Below, piece after piece: positions 55,582-64,000 of a DNA stretch of 64,000 bases. The notes under the pieces are model-generated. The model searched no databases, was not told where the DNA came from, and worked only from the letters and a program-made list of their open reading frames with translations. Position numbers and translations under genes: made by a program. The DNA comes from a virus. Its lineage: Duplodnaviria > Caudoviricetes. Position 1 is the first letter of the stretch. Each line of letters starts with the position of its first letter. The stretch covers positions 6,190-70,189 of IMG/VR virus record IMGVR_UViG_3300025570_000011; one strand, written 5' to 3'.

Positions 55582-55700
55582 CGTTATTCAAGAGTGTTGC
55601 GATTCAACATTGAATTGCTGATAGCGGTTCGAATTTAGTTCCAGTATATGGGATGTTTATATTATGAACTATAATTAAGCAGATATATAATATATCGGTT

Positions 55701-55982
55701 ATGGAAACGGTAAATGTTTATTTAGATTGGAGTTGCGGAGGATGCGACGACTATTTAGATGAAATTCAAAAAGGTTGTAAAGCTTTTCAATATGAATATA
55801 CATTAACAACTTGTGATGTTGATCCTATCTTAGTTTTTAAAGAAGTTAGAAGACTAAGAGAAAAAGGAAACAATATTGAGCATTTACCAATCTTAGTGAC
55901 AAAAAATGATTATGAAATGGAAAATGTATACGTTGGTATACTCGACAGAACATCAATACAAAACATACTAAAAGAATTATGA
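55701..55982 (+). CDS. Thioredoxin-fold small protein
   Basis: WSCGGC and HLPIL. Confidence 0.5.
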   Translation: METVNVYLDWSCGGCDDYLDEIQKGCKAFQYEYTLTTCDVDPILVFKEVRRLREKGNNIEHLPILVTKNDYEMENVYVGILDRTSIQNILKEL

Positions 55983-56245
55983 GTGAAGAAACAAATAATT
56001 TTGCTACATTTGAAGATTTCGGATTTACTGCGGTAAATGAAGAAGAGCTGGATATTGTAACAAAAGCAACATCAGAAGCTAGTAGCGCACAAGAACGTTT
56101 AGATAAAATGTTTGCTGCAATTAAACCATTACTAGAAAATCTTGAAAAGGATAGTAGCAAGGATTATATCTATTGGCCAAACCGAATTGAAAAAATAAAT
56201 CAATTCCAATCGCATTTAGATAAAATCTATACTGGAACTATTTAA
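55979..56245 (+). CDS. Conserved T4-like hypothetical protein
   Basis: DFGFTAV.E.EL...PLL.NL...KDYIYWPNR pattern. Confidence 0.7.
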   Translation: MSEETNNFATFEDFGFTAVNEEELDIVTKATSEASSAQERLDKMFAAIKPLLENLEKDSSKDYIYWPNRIEKINQFQSHLDKIYTGTI

Positions 56246-56249
56246 TAGT

Positions 56250-57386
56250 ATGCGTTTTCACTTATTAGGTATACCTCATACGGTTACTAATGATGAATAT
56301 ACAGCATGCGCATATACCGCCAAAGTATTAAAATTTGGTAAAATGTTTACCGGTCAACCCGGTGTTGAAGTATTTCATTATGGTCATGAAGATAGTAATG
56401 TTTGTTGTGACGAGCATATTACCGTTACAACCAACGATGACTTAAAGAAGGCATATGGTTCTTATGATTGGCGTAAAGAGTTTTTTAAGTTTGATAATAA
56501 TGATCATGCTTATACAACCTTTTATGAAAACACACTTCGCGAATTAAATAAAAGATTAAAAAAGAATGATTTTGTTCTTGCTTTTTGGGGTTCAGGAGTT
56601 AGACCGGTTTGTGGTTTAATTGAAAAAGAAAATAAAGCTATTGTTGTAGAACCTGGGATTGGTTATGGAGAAGGCCATTTCGCCAAATGGAAAATATGGG
56701 AATCCTACTCTATTATGCATGCATGTGGAGGATATAAAATGGTTTCAAATTGTAATCCTAATTGGTATGATGTCGTTATACCAAATTATTTTGATGAAAC
56801 TCAATTCGAATACAAAGAACAAAAAGAAGATTATTTTCTTTATCTTGGTAGAGTATATGATGGTAAGGGAGTAAAAATCGCAATTGAAGCAAGTCAAATA
56901 GCTGGAGTAAAATTAGTAATAGCAGGCCAAAAAGAAAAAGGATATAAACTACCGGATGATGTTGAGTATATTGGGTATGCTGAAGTTGATAAAAGAAAAG
57001 AATTAATGGCAAATGCAAAAGGTTCTTTTTTGCCATCAATGTATTATGAGCCATTTGGAGGAGTACAAATTGAAAACCTGTTTAGTGGTACACCGACAAT
57101 AACTACAGATTGGGGAGCTTTCTCTGAAAACAATTTACATGGAGTAACCGGTTATAGATGTAGAACAATGAGCGATTTTGTTGAAGCGGTTCATAATGTT
57201 AATGATGGTAAAATTAAAAGCACCGATTGTAGAAAATGGGCAAATAATTTTAGTATAGATAATATACGGCCAAGGTACAAAAAATACTTTGACGATGTTC
57301 TTAATGTATATACTGGAAAAGGATGGTATGAAAACAAATCCAAAGAAAGTATTTCAATTGAACAATTAAAGATGGAATATCCATAG
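56250..57386 (+). CDS. Glycosyltransferase (GT-B, GT4-like)
   Basis: YLGRV...KG, EPFGGVQIE...GTP.ITTDWGAF.E. Confidence 0.85.
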   Translation: MRFHLLGIPHTVTNDEYTACAYTAKVLKFGKMFTGQPGVEVFHYGHEDSNVCCDEHITVTTNDDLKKAYGSYDWRKEFFKFDNNDHAYTTFYENTLRELNKRLKKNDFVLAFWGSGVRPVCGLIEKENKAIVVEPGIGYGEGHFAKWKIWESYSIMHACGGYKMVSNCNPNWYDVVIPNYFDETQFEYKEQKEDYFLYLGRVYDGKGVKIAIEASQIAGVKLVIAGQKEKGYKLPDDVEYIGYAEVDKRKELMANAKGSFLPSMYYEPFGGVQIENLFSGTPTITTDWGAFSENNLHGVTGYRCRTMSDFVEAVHNVNDGKIKSTDCRKWANNFSIDNIRPRYKKYFDDVLNVYTGKGWYENKSKESISIEQLKMEYP

Positions 57387-57431
57387 TAATTCACCCTTCA
57401 GAGAAAACGTAAACATATAAATAAAAATACT

Positions 57432-58085
57432 ATGAAAACAACTTCATATAAAGTCTTATTAAGACTAATGATCGTCAGTTCATTAACACTGATAATGACG
57501 TCTTGTGCTCTTTTTAAACAAACAGAACAAGGCGACCCTGGAAAAGGCGGAACAATAGATATTGGTGGAGCAACAGAGAGCTTAGGTGCTGCAACTGGTT
57601 TTTCCTTCACTGCTCAACAAGCCGTCACCACCGCACAGGCAGAAATAGTGAAAGCAAAGATACATGCTAAAGAGATTGAATCTTTGGTTGAAGTAATGAG
57701 ACGTAAGAAGTCTGAATTTGCTGAAAACATTGAAAACTTAAGGCAGATATATGTTCAGCATATTGTTGTACTTGATAGAGAATTAACCATAACTGGTATT
57801 GCACTAAGGAAACAGTTAGTTGCTCTTAAGAATACAGAAGCAGAACTTATTAAAGCAAAAGCTCAGATAGCAGCACAAGAACAACATAAAGCTGCCATGC
57901 TTGCTCATAACAAATCTTTACAAAAAAAGTTAAAAGAAGCTGAAGGCTATAAAGACAAGTATCATAAGCTAACCAAGTATAAGTGGATTGTTTGGGGATT
58001 GGGCGGATGGATATTAGTTAAGTTCTTAGGCGGACTTGGCATGTGGTCTCCTCAAGGAAGAATCGCTAAAGCTCTTATTGGATAA
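57432..58085 (+). CDS. Lipoprotein with coiled coil and C-terminal TM segment; unimolecular-spanin candidate
   Basis: Lipobox MTSC after a hydrophobic signal; C-terminal WIVWGLGGWILVKFLGGLGMW; first gene of a late lysis-like operon (TATAAATA 57416-57423). Confidence 0.55.
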   Translation: MKTTSYKVLLRLMIVSSLTLIMTSCALFKQTEQGDPGKGGTIDIGGATESLGAATGFSFTAQQAVTTAQAEIVKAKIHAKEIESLVEVMRRKKSEFAENIENLRQIYVQHIVVLDRELTITGIALRKQLVALKNTEAELIKAKAQIAAQEQHKAAMLAHNKSLQKKLKEAEGYKDKYHKLTKYKWIVWGLGGWILVKFLGGLGMWSPQGRIAKALIG

Positions 58086-58158
58086 TTTTTATATCTCAAT
58101 CATTTAATATGGTTGATGATATTAGGGCCGAGTGGCTCATTTAAACAAAATACAAAAT

Positions 58159-58530
58159 ATGAATATATTACTAAAACTAATTGGTCCAATGCTACAAGGG
58201 ATTTGGAGTAAATCTAAATCAATTGTTCAGCTACTATGGAGTAAAGGTGTTGCTATTATTTTACTAGCGATGCTAATTTTAAAATACACTGGTCTAAGTG
58301 AAGCACCTTTTGCTGAACTTATTTACGCAGGTATTCTTACAAGTGCGGTTATTGTTATTGCACCTATTATTCGCTTCCTCGTTTTCAATGAGGCTGCGTC
58401 TCTTGCCGAAAGTGGAAAAGTTAAAGAGTTACTGGAATTAAAAACATTAACTCCACAACTAATCCATTATTGGTTTGCTACATTCATCTCTTACGCTGTC
58501 ACACTATTATGCGTTTCTTCATTACTTTAA
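58159..58530 (+). CDS. Holin-like membrane protein
   Basis: About three TM segments; overlaps the endolysin start; start moved to ATG 58159. Confidence 0.5.
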   Translation: MNILLKLIGPMLQGIWSKSKSIVQLLWSKGVAIILLAMLILKYTGLSEAPFAELIYAGILTSAVIVIAPIIRFLVFNEAASLAESGKVKELLELKTLTPQLIHYWFATFISYAVTLLCVSSLL

Positions 58531-59144
58531 TTGTAATGACTTTAATGACCGAGTCCCTCCCTGCATATGAGCAGGGAGCGGACTTACGTGTACAAAGGTT
58601 TCTTGATGCTGAAGTTAAGAAACAATATGTACCACAGGTTGATAAAGTTGTTAGACGTATTTTATTAAATCAACAACTATATAAGTGTGTTGATAGTAGA
58701 ACAGATGTACCTTGGTATGTTATTGCTAGCCTTCATAATATGGAAAGTAGCGGTTCATTCAAACACCATTTACATGAAGGATCTCCATTATATGGTAGAA
58801 CTCGTTGGGTACCAAAAGGTAGACCTAAGACGGGAACACCTCCATTTACTTGGGTAGAAAGCGCACAGGACGCATTAAGCTATGACAAGATGGGAGAAAA
58901 GCGTTGGGCATATCTCTTTGATACTCTTTGGGCGGTTGAAGGTTATAATGGAACAGGGTATTGGAGGTACCATAAATCAACACCTTCACCATATCTTTAT
59001 GCGAAGACTTCTATTGAAAAGCCTGGGAAATATGTCTCAGATGGAAAGTGGAGTTCCACCGCACGTTCAAAGCAAATTGGCGTCGCTGCCATTTGGAAAA
59101 GAATGGAGAATTTAAAAGTACTAAATTTTAAAGCACTTAAATAG
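58509..59144 (+). CDS. Endolysin, lysozyme-like family, with N-terminal signal peptide
   Basis: H.MESS, LHEG.PL, VPKGRP, EGYNG.GY, PSPYL, GKYVSDG, QIG.A; start moved to ATG 58509 (MRFFITLIVMTLM..). Confidence 0.75.
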   Translation: MRFFITLIVMTLMTESLPAYEQGADLRVQRFLDAEVKKQYVPQVDKVVRRILLNQQLYKCVDSRTDVPWYVIASLHNMESSGSFKHHLHEGSPLYGRTRWVPKGRPKTGTPPFTWVESAQDALSYDKMGEKRWAYLFDTLWAVEGYNGTGYWRYHKSTPSPYLYAKTSIEKPGKYVSDGKWSSTARSKQIGVAAIWKRMENLKVLNFKALK

Positions 59145-59164
59145 TGCCAATGTGAATTTTATCC

Positions 59165-59193
59165 TTTACATGTTTATATTCCTAGTGTATAAT
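59165..59193 (+). promoter_or_regulatory. Early promoter TTTACA-N17-TATAAT
   Basis: Upstream of a structured leader and ORF 59286. Confidence 0.7.
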
Positions 59194-59285
59194 ATAACTA
59201 TGAGTTATTAAAGAAACCATAAAGGTTTAAAAACTAAACCCCGAAGGTTCCCGAAGGGATCTTAAATAACAATAAATATATCATT

Positions 59286-59474
59286 ATGAAAACATCATTA
59301 AAAGATTTAAGGATAGATCTAGAAGACCATAAAAAACGATTAAAAGAATTAAGTAATAAAAAGACTGCGAAAGAATTAGATGAAAAGTTTGGAGTAAAGG
59401 CTCTTTATTTAATTCCTACTTATAAAAAGATTATTGGTAGTATAGAAAAAGAAATTATAGAGCGTACTAAATAA
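59286..59474 (+). CDS. Small hypothetical protein
   Basis: ORF track. Confidence 0.55.
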   Translation: MKTSLKDLRIDLEDHKKRLKELSNKKTAKELDEKFGVKALYLIPTYKKIIGSIEKEIIERTK

Positions 59475-59478
59475 AGTT

Positions 59479-60057
59479 ATGAACAAACCTAGACGTAAAT
59501 TTTTAAAGTTGTTTGGTTTAACAAGTTCAAGTTTATTTATTAGTAATTTACCAGTAGGTAGTGCTTTCATTCGTCATGAGGATTACAATAAAAAAGTAAA
59601 AGGAATTCCTGATGAATGGTTTATTTTAAATAATGATGTTTATAGATATGCGAATTATATTTTAAAATTAAACTTAAAAAATATAACTCCAAGAATGGTA
59701 ATTGCTCCACACTTTAAAACGCGCGGTAGAGTTAGAAATTCTATACCACCAAAGAAGTTATGGAAGAAGGTTGGCCCAACACTTAAGGTTATTGATAAGT
59801 TATGTAATGAGGTTGGATTACCGGTTAAAGAGATAGTCTCAGCATATAGAAGTCCCGAATATAACAAAGCAGTTCATGGTAATATAGGATCATACCATAT
59901 GACGAATCAAGCCGTTGATGTTGTATTTAATAAAAGCTCTTGGCGAGTTGCTAAAGCCGCTAGAGTACTAAGAGATAACAAAATGTTTAAAGGTGGCATA
60001 GGAACTTATCGAGGGTTTGTACATATAGACACTCGTGGAAAAAACGCAGATTGGTAA
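59479..60057 (+). CDS. Peptidase M15A (YcbK-like D-Ala-D-Ala metallopeptidase) with twin-arginine signal
   Basis: PRRKFLK leader; SAYRSPEYN, SYHM..QAVD, GGIGTY..FVHIDTRG. Confidence 0.85.
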   Translation: MNKPRRKFLKLFGLTSSSLFISNLPVGSAFIRHEDYNKKVKGIPDEWFILNNDVYRYANYILKLNLKNITPRMVIAPHFKTRGRVRNSIPPKKLWKKVGPTLKVIDKLCNEVGLPVKEIVSAYRSPEYNKAVHGNIGSYHMTNQAVDVVFNKSSWRVAKAARVLRDNKMFKGGIGTYRGFVHIDTRGKNADW

Positions 60058-60377
60058 TGGAAATCTCAATTGATAAACTAAGCGTTATAATGACGAGCGA
60101 GGAATATCCCTATTCGATTATTTCATATTTTCCTAGAGATTGTTCCAGTTTTGAATCATATGACTTTTGGGAATGTAAAAGAAAGATTCATTCAATAAAG
60201 GAAAAACTAAAAGAGGTTGTTATAAACCAACAGTTATTAGCTTTTACGACAAACCCAAAAACTGGAGATGTTGTTGAAATTGAATGCGACGGAGATACTG
60301 ACAACGTTATTAGTTGGCTACGATGGAAAGACAATTGGTATATTTCCGATATTAAAAACGAACCGCCTTTAGTTTAG
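60057..60377 (+). CDS. Hypothetical protein
   Basis: ORF track; start moved to ATG 60057. Confidence 0.5.
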   Translation: MEISIDKLSVIMTSEEYPYSIISYFPRDCSSFESYDFWECKRKIHSIKEKLKEVVINQQLLAFTTNPKTGDVVEIECDGDTDNVISWLRWKDNWYISDIKNEPPLV

Positions 60378-61249
60378 AATTTATGATTAAAATGATCATA
60401 AATCATAGAATCATATTTAGTGCGTTCTCTAAATTTAAATATAACGCATTCATCTAAATTTGGTATTGAACTGCTGCTGCTATTTTTATTTACATTAAAT
60501 TTATCTTTATTTATAGATTTTAAATAATTAAAAACAGTATCTTTATTATATGAATAACACTCCATAAGAATTTTATTTATTAGTGAATCGACGCCGTTTA
60601 TTGAAGCAACTTCAAATTCATTTAGTTTTTCTATGCACGTGTTATAATGATCATCGGTTATTGATTCATCATTTTGAATATTTAAAAGAGAGCGTATTAT
60701 CCAACTATCTGAAACCCGGTTGGAAGTCAAATAATCTGAAAGGTTATCTGCAGCTATAGACCCGTGTGTTTTTTCATGTTTTGATAGATCTGATTTTAAA
60801 TATTTAAATAAAGAACATTCTCTTGAAAGAGCTTCTCTTAATATAATAAATTTTTTAAGATCTTTGTTCGCATTTTCTTCTAAGTAATTACAAATTTTAT
60901 CTGCTGACTTAAACCCTGCTGCATTTATGGTTACCGAGTAGATTTTCAAATTATTGTTTTTAAGATAATACTCTGCGAAGAAACTAAAATCACAGGAAAC
61001 CACAAAATTGTTTATAGTTGTAAAGTTTTCGTTTTTAAAATAGTCATCTTCAAAATCATATAAAAAAATGTTAAATTCTTCACGGTCCAAATGATCTAAA
61101 CAAATCAGTCTTTTCATGGTGCCACGCGCGTTTTTAGCTTTTACGTGGTATCTAAGAGAAAACCATAAAACATCATTGGTATATGTACCTGCGTTCTTTG
61201 GAATATGAAAAAATACTGGTAATTTTTCTGTAGTAATTTCTTTTTTCAT
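60374..61249 (-). CDS. Sulfotransferase-family protein
   Basis: FFHIPKNAGT (5'-PSB loop), ILRE..SR..S.F.Y (3'-PB), D..IY at C-terminus. Confidence 0.7.
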   Translation of the reverse strand: MKKEITTEKLPVFFHIPKNAGTYTNDVLWFSLRYHVKAKNARGTMKRLICLDHLDREEFNIFLYDFEDDYFKNENFTTINNFVVSCDFSFFAEYYLKNNNLKIYSVTINAAGFKSADKICNYLEENANKDLKKFIILREALSRECSLFKYLKSDLSKHEKTHGSIAADNLSDYLTSNRVSDSWIIRSLLNIQNDESITDDHYNTCIEKLNEFEVASINGVDSLINKILMECYSYNKDTVFNYLKSINKDKFNVNKNSSSSSIPNLDECVIFKFRERTKYDSMIYDHFNHKF

Positions 61250-61290
61250 ATTCCTATGTCTATTAGTATATATATCAGCATTTAATTTTA

Positions 61291-61319
61291 TTTACATAGA
61301 TGTAAAAATAGTATATAAT
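61291..61319 (+). promoter_or_regulatory. Early promoter TTTACA-N17-TATAAT
   Basis: Directly upstream of DNA ligase. Confidence 0.75.
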
Positions 61320-61325
61320 AGAAGT

Positions 61326-62456
61326 ATGAAGTTAGATACATTATATTCCAGAGCAACAACTGGAGCTCTTCGCGAATGGACCGTTGAGTATGAAGAAGGA
61401 AAATTTAGAACTCATTCTGGTCAAATTGGCGGTAAGATTACAACATCAAAATGGTATTCTGTAACTGCAATGAATGTTGGTAGAGCAAATGAGCGAGGCT
61501 TACTTGAGCAATCTAAATTCCAAGCAGAAGCTAAATGGAAAAAGAAAGTTGATGGTGGTTATACTCCAGATTTAAAATCTGTTGATGTTAGTACTCTTTT
61601 TATTAAAGCAATGCTAGCAAAGAAGTGGGAAGATCGAAAAGATAAAATTGAATATCCAGTTTATACTCAACCAAAACTTGATGGTATGAGAGCTATTATT
61701 ACAAAGGATGGAGCAAAGTCTCGTAATGGAAAACCATGGGTTACTATTCCACATATTTTAAAATCATTAGAACCAATATTTAAAGTTTACCCAAATCTTG
61801 TATTGGATGGCGAACTATATAATCATGAGTATAAAGAAGACTTTAATACAATCAGTTCATTAGCTAAAAAGACAAAACCAACTGAACAAGATCTAAAAGA
61901 TTCTGCTGATAAACTTCAGTTCTGGTGGTATGATATTATTCCAGTTGACGGATTCTGTAAAGAAGATACTATCTTTTCTGATAGGTTTAAAGAAATGGTA
62001 AATCTTAGTAATGAATATAAACTAAGTAGTATTATATTAGTTCCAACTTATTATCACGATTCTGAAGAAGAACTTAATAACAATTACAAAGACTTTATTG
62101 AACTTGGATATGAAGGGGGCATGGTTCGCCTTAATTCTAAATATGATCGTAAGCGAAGTAACTCTCTTTTAAAGCGCAAAGACTTTACTGATTCAGAATA
62201 TAAGATTGTTTCTATTGAAGAAGGTAAAGGTAATAAAACAAATATGGCAGGATTTATGGTTCTTGAGAAAAGTGATGGAACTCAATTTCATTCAAACATT
62301 AAAGGTAATCATGAGTTTCTAAAAAACCTGCTAGTTGAAAAGGAAACTTATATTGGATCATATGCGACTTGTACTTATTTTAACTTAACTCCAGATGGAA
62401 TTCCAAGATTTCCTTATGTCACTCGTCTGCGAGATGGCAAAGGTGTTGACAATTAA
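61326..62456 (+). CDS. ATP-dependent DNA ligase
   Basis: QPKLDGMR, LDGELY, YEGGMVR, LLKRK, PRFP motifs. Confidence 0.92.
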   Translation: MKLDTLYSRATTGALREWTVEYEEGKFRTHSGQIGGKITTSKWYSVTAMNVGRANERGLLEQSKFQAEAKWKKKVDGGYTPDLKSVDVSTLFIKAMLAKKWEDRKDKIEYPVYTQPKLDGMRAIITKDGAKSRNGKPWVTIPHILKSLEPIFKVYPNLVLDGELYNHEYKEDFNTISSLAKKTKPTEQDLKDSADKLQFWWYDIIPVDGFCKEDTIFSDRFKEMVNLSNEYKLSSIILVPTYYHDSEEELNNNYKDFIELGYEGGMVRLNSKYDRKRSNSLLKRKDFTDSEYKIVSIEEGKGNKTNMAGFMVLEKSDGTQFHSNIKGNHEFLKNLLVEKETYIGSYATCTYFNLTPDGIPRFPYVTRLRDGKGVDN

Positions 62457-62477
62457 ATTTTATAAATAACTATTAAT

Positions 62478-63452
62478 ATGGCTATTAATTTTCCACCCCC
62501 AACAACTATTGGGGAAATATATACAGATCCCGCAAGTTCCAGAACATGGAAATGGAACGGTAAAGCATGGGAAGGCATTGCTGGTTCTCTTGGCGCTGAT
62601 GTTGAAATATCAGATACTGCTCCAACTTCACCAGAAGTCGGCGACCTTTGGTATGATAGTGTAAGAGGTATTACATATATTTACTATTTTGATGGTACTT
62701 CTAACCAATGGGTTACAGTTACCTCTCCATCTATAGAAGTGATCAACTTAACCGGCGACGTTACAGCAACTGGTTATGGCGATAATCTAATAACTACAAT
62801 AGGGCCTAATGCGGCCTCCGGCTTTGTTGGAGACAGCGTAACAGGCGAGGCAACATTCCTAAACGAATTTAACCGCATTGAACTAAGTGGTGTGCATCTG
62901 CTAGAAGGACTGGCTGTCGGTGATGTCGTTGAAGTGACAGGATCAAACAATGGTGATAACGACAAAGCCTTCACCGTGACCGAGATTGGAGTCAGCGCCA
63001 TCGAAGTTAATGACGCTCACAAAAACCAGACATGGACTACCTACAACAGAAGTTTGCAGGAACAAACCCCAACCGCGGGTGTTACTGTAACACTAGCATG
63101 TAAGGCTAAGAATGCAGCAATAGGATATGGACAGGCCTGGGTTGGCGTTGGCCCTGATCGAGGAAATGGTTCCTTTGGCCTCATAACCACTAATAGTATA
63201 GGCAGAGCTATTAGTGTGGCCGTCTCCGTTAGAGCTAATGCGATCACTACCCAAAATGAGCCTGCATATGCAGAAGCCTACGTAGACGCAAGAAGAATAA
63301 CGCAGGCCGGTGTTGATAATACTCAGGCTGCTTTAAACCGCATGACGCCCGTGGACTTTATTGTTCCCTCCGGCAGTCAGTATAGAGTTGATGCCAGTGT
63401 TCCAGGAGGGTTGAATGATTTGTCGATATCTCAGTGGTTAGAACTTAGATAA
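62478..63452 (+). CDS. Tail-fibre/structural protein
   Basis: MAINFP...WKWNGKAW head, GDLWYDS module shared with 33613 gene; late promoter 62461-62468. Confidence 0.65.
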   Translation: MAINFPPPTTIGEIYTDPASSRTWKWNGKAWEGIAGSLGADVEISDTAPTSPEVGDLWYDSVRGITYIYYFDGTSNQWVTVTSPSIEVINLTGDVTATGYGDNLITTIGPNAASGFVGDSVTGEATFLNEFNRIELSGVHLLEGLAVGDVVEVTGSNNGDNDKAFTVTEIGVSAIEVNDAHKNQTWTTYNRSLQEQTPTAGVTVTLACKAKNAAIGYGQAWVGVGPDRGNGSFGLITTNSIGRAISVAVSVRANAITTQNEPAYAEAYVDARRITQAGVDNTQAALNRMTPVDFIVPSGSQYRVDASVPGGLNDLSISQWLELR

Positions 63453-63482
63453 TATTAGCAATTAACTTTTATAAATAACAAT

Positions 63483-64000
63483 ATGGCAATTAACTTTCCA
63501 GATTCTCCAGTAGCCGATCAGGTCAGCACCCAGAACGGACGTAGTTGGAAGTTCAATGGTAGCGCATGGGAAGCTTACGCGGGTGAAACATTATTGGGAC
63601 CTCAAGGCGAGCCAGGTCCGAAAGGCGATATAGGCCTTCAAGGCTTTGTAGGAGAAACCGGCGTTATTCAAGAGACTCAGACGTGGGAAGATGCAAATTA
63701 CAACTTTGATCAAGATTATACTAATGATACTGGAGCTCCTTTAGATATACGACTGTATGTTCAGAATGACAACAGTGCAGCCGGTAATAGTGATATTAGC
63801 GTATATGCTAGAATTAATAATGCTATAAATATATCATTTGTTGAATCCTTTAAACTTGCGGGCGCAGGAGCACATGATGATGTTGGTAATATAACAATAC
63901 CTATAGGCGCCACCTTTAAATTTTTTGGAGTTACTGGAGATGGTTCTATTTCGAACCTTGTATGGAAAAGAATGGTAAGAACTCAGGTTATAGTTGAGCA
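63483..64000 (+). CDS. Tail-fibre/structural protein with collagen-like segment (partial, runs off window)
   Basis: MAINFPDSP...WKFNGSAW...GPQGEPGPKGDIGLQG; paralogous N-terminus to 62478; late promoter 63470-63477. Confidence 0.65.
   Translation, partial: MAINFPDSPVADQVSTQNGRSWKFNGSAWEAYAGETLLGPQGEPGPKGDIGLQGFVGETGVIQETQTWEDANYNFDQDYTNDTGAPLDIRLYVQNDNSAAGNSDISVYARINNAINISFVESFKLAGAGAHDDVGNITIPIGATFKFFGVTGDGSISNLVWKRMVRTQVIVE

Noticed and set aside
55620-55640. GGTTCGAAT as a tRNA T-loop
   Set aside because: No pairing T-stem or acceptor stem around it
1-64000. DGR reverse transcriptase, template repeat or Avd gene
   Set aside because: No ORF with RT motifs (e.g. YxDD in an RT context) and no AAC-rich non-coding copy of the VR scaffold was seen; only target-like regions are reported
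1-64000. Stop-codon reassignment
   Set aside because: Recognisable genes are full length in the standard code, and TAA, TAG and TGA all terminate genes

Overview
AT-rich, gene-dense segment of a large lytic T4-like (Tevenvirinae/Kyanoviridae-style) myophage genome in the standard genetic code. No CRISPR array, integrase, transposase or reverse transcriptase is visible. Contents in order: (1) 0.1-6.8 kb late head-associated cluster, in which three different nucleotidyltransferase-fold enzymes carry T4 internal-protein-like N-terminal capsid-targeting leaders, plus a polyprotein punctuated by ESIEEA repeats; (2) nrdB/nrdA; (3) an early small-ORF island ending in a 69-nt tmRNA-like RNA reduced to its tRNA-like domain; (4) minus-strand internal-protein-like paralogues; (5) replication/nuclease genes (GIY-YIG, RNase H, exonuclease, ClpP-like, thioredoxin); (6) a ~28 kb mosaic tail-fibre/adhesin region with malectin, FGE-sulfatase (C-lectin fold) and BspA-LRR domains, two of whose FGE domains end in GC-rich cassettes with a diversity-generating-retroelement variable-region signature; (7) UvsE, a tRNA-CAT, a second early island, glycan-modifying enzymes, a spanin/holin/endolysin cassette, a Tat-signal M15 peptidase, DNA ligase and further fibre genes. 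Early promoters are TTTACA-N17-TATAAT and late promoters TATAAATA. A PVC-superphylum (Verrucomicrobia-like) host is an inference only. All calls come from motif recognition by eye, with no database searches.
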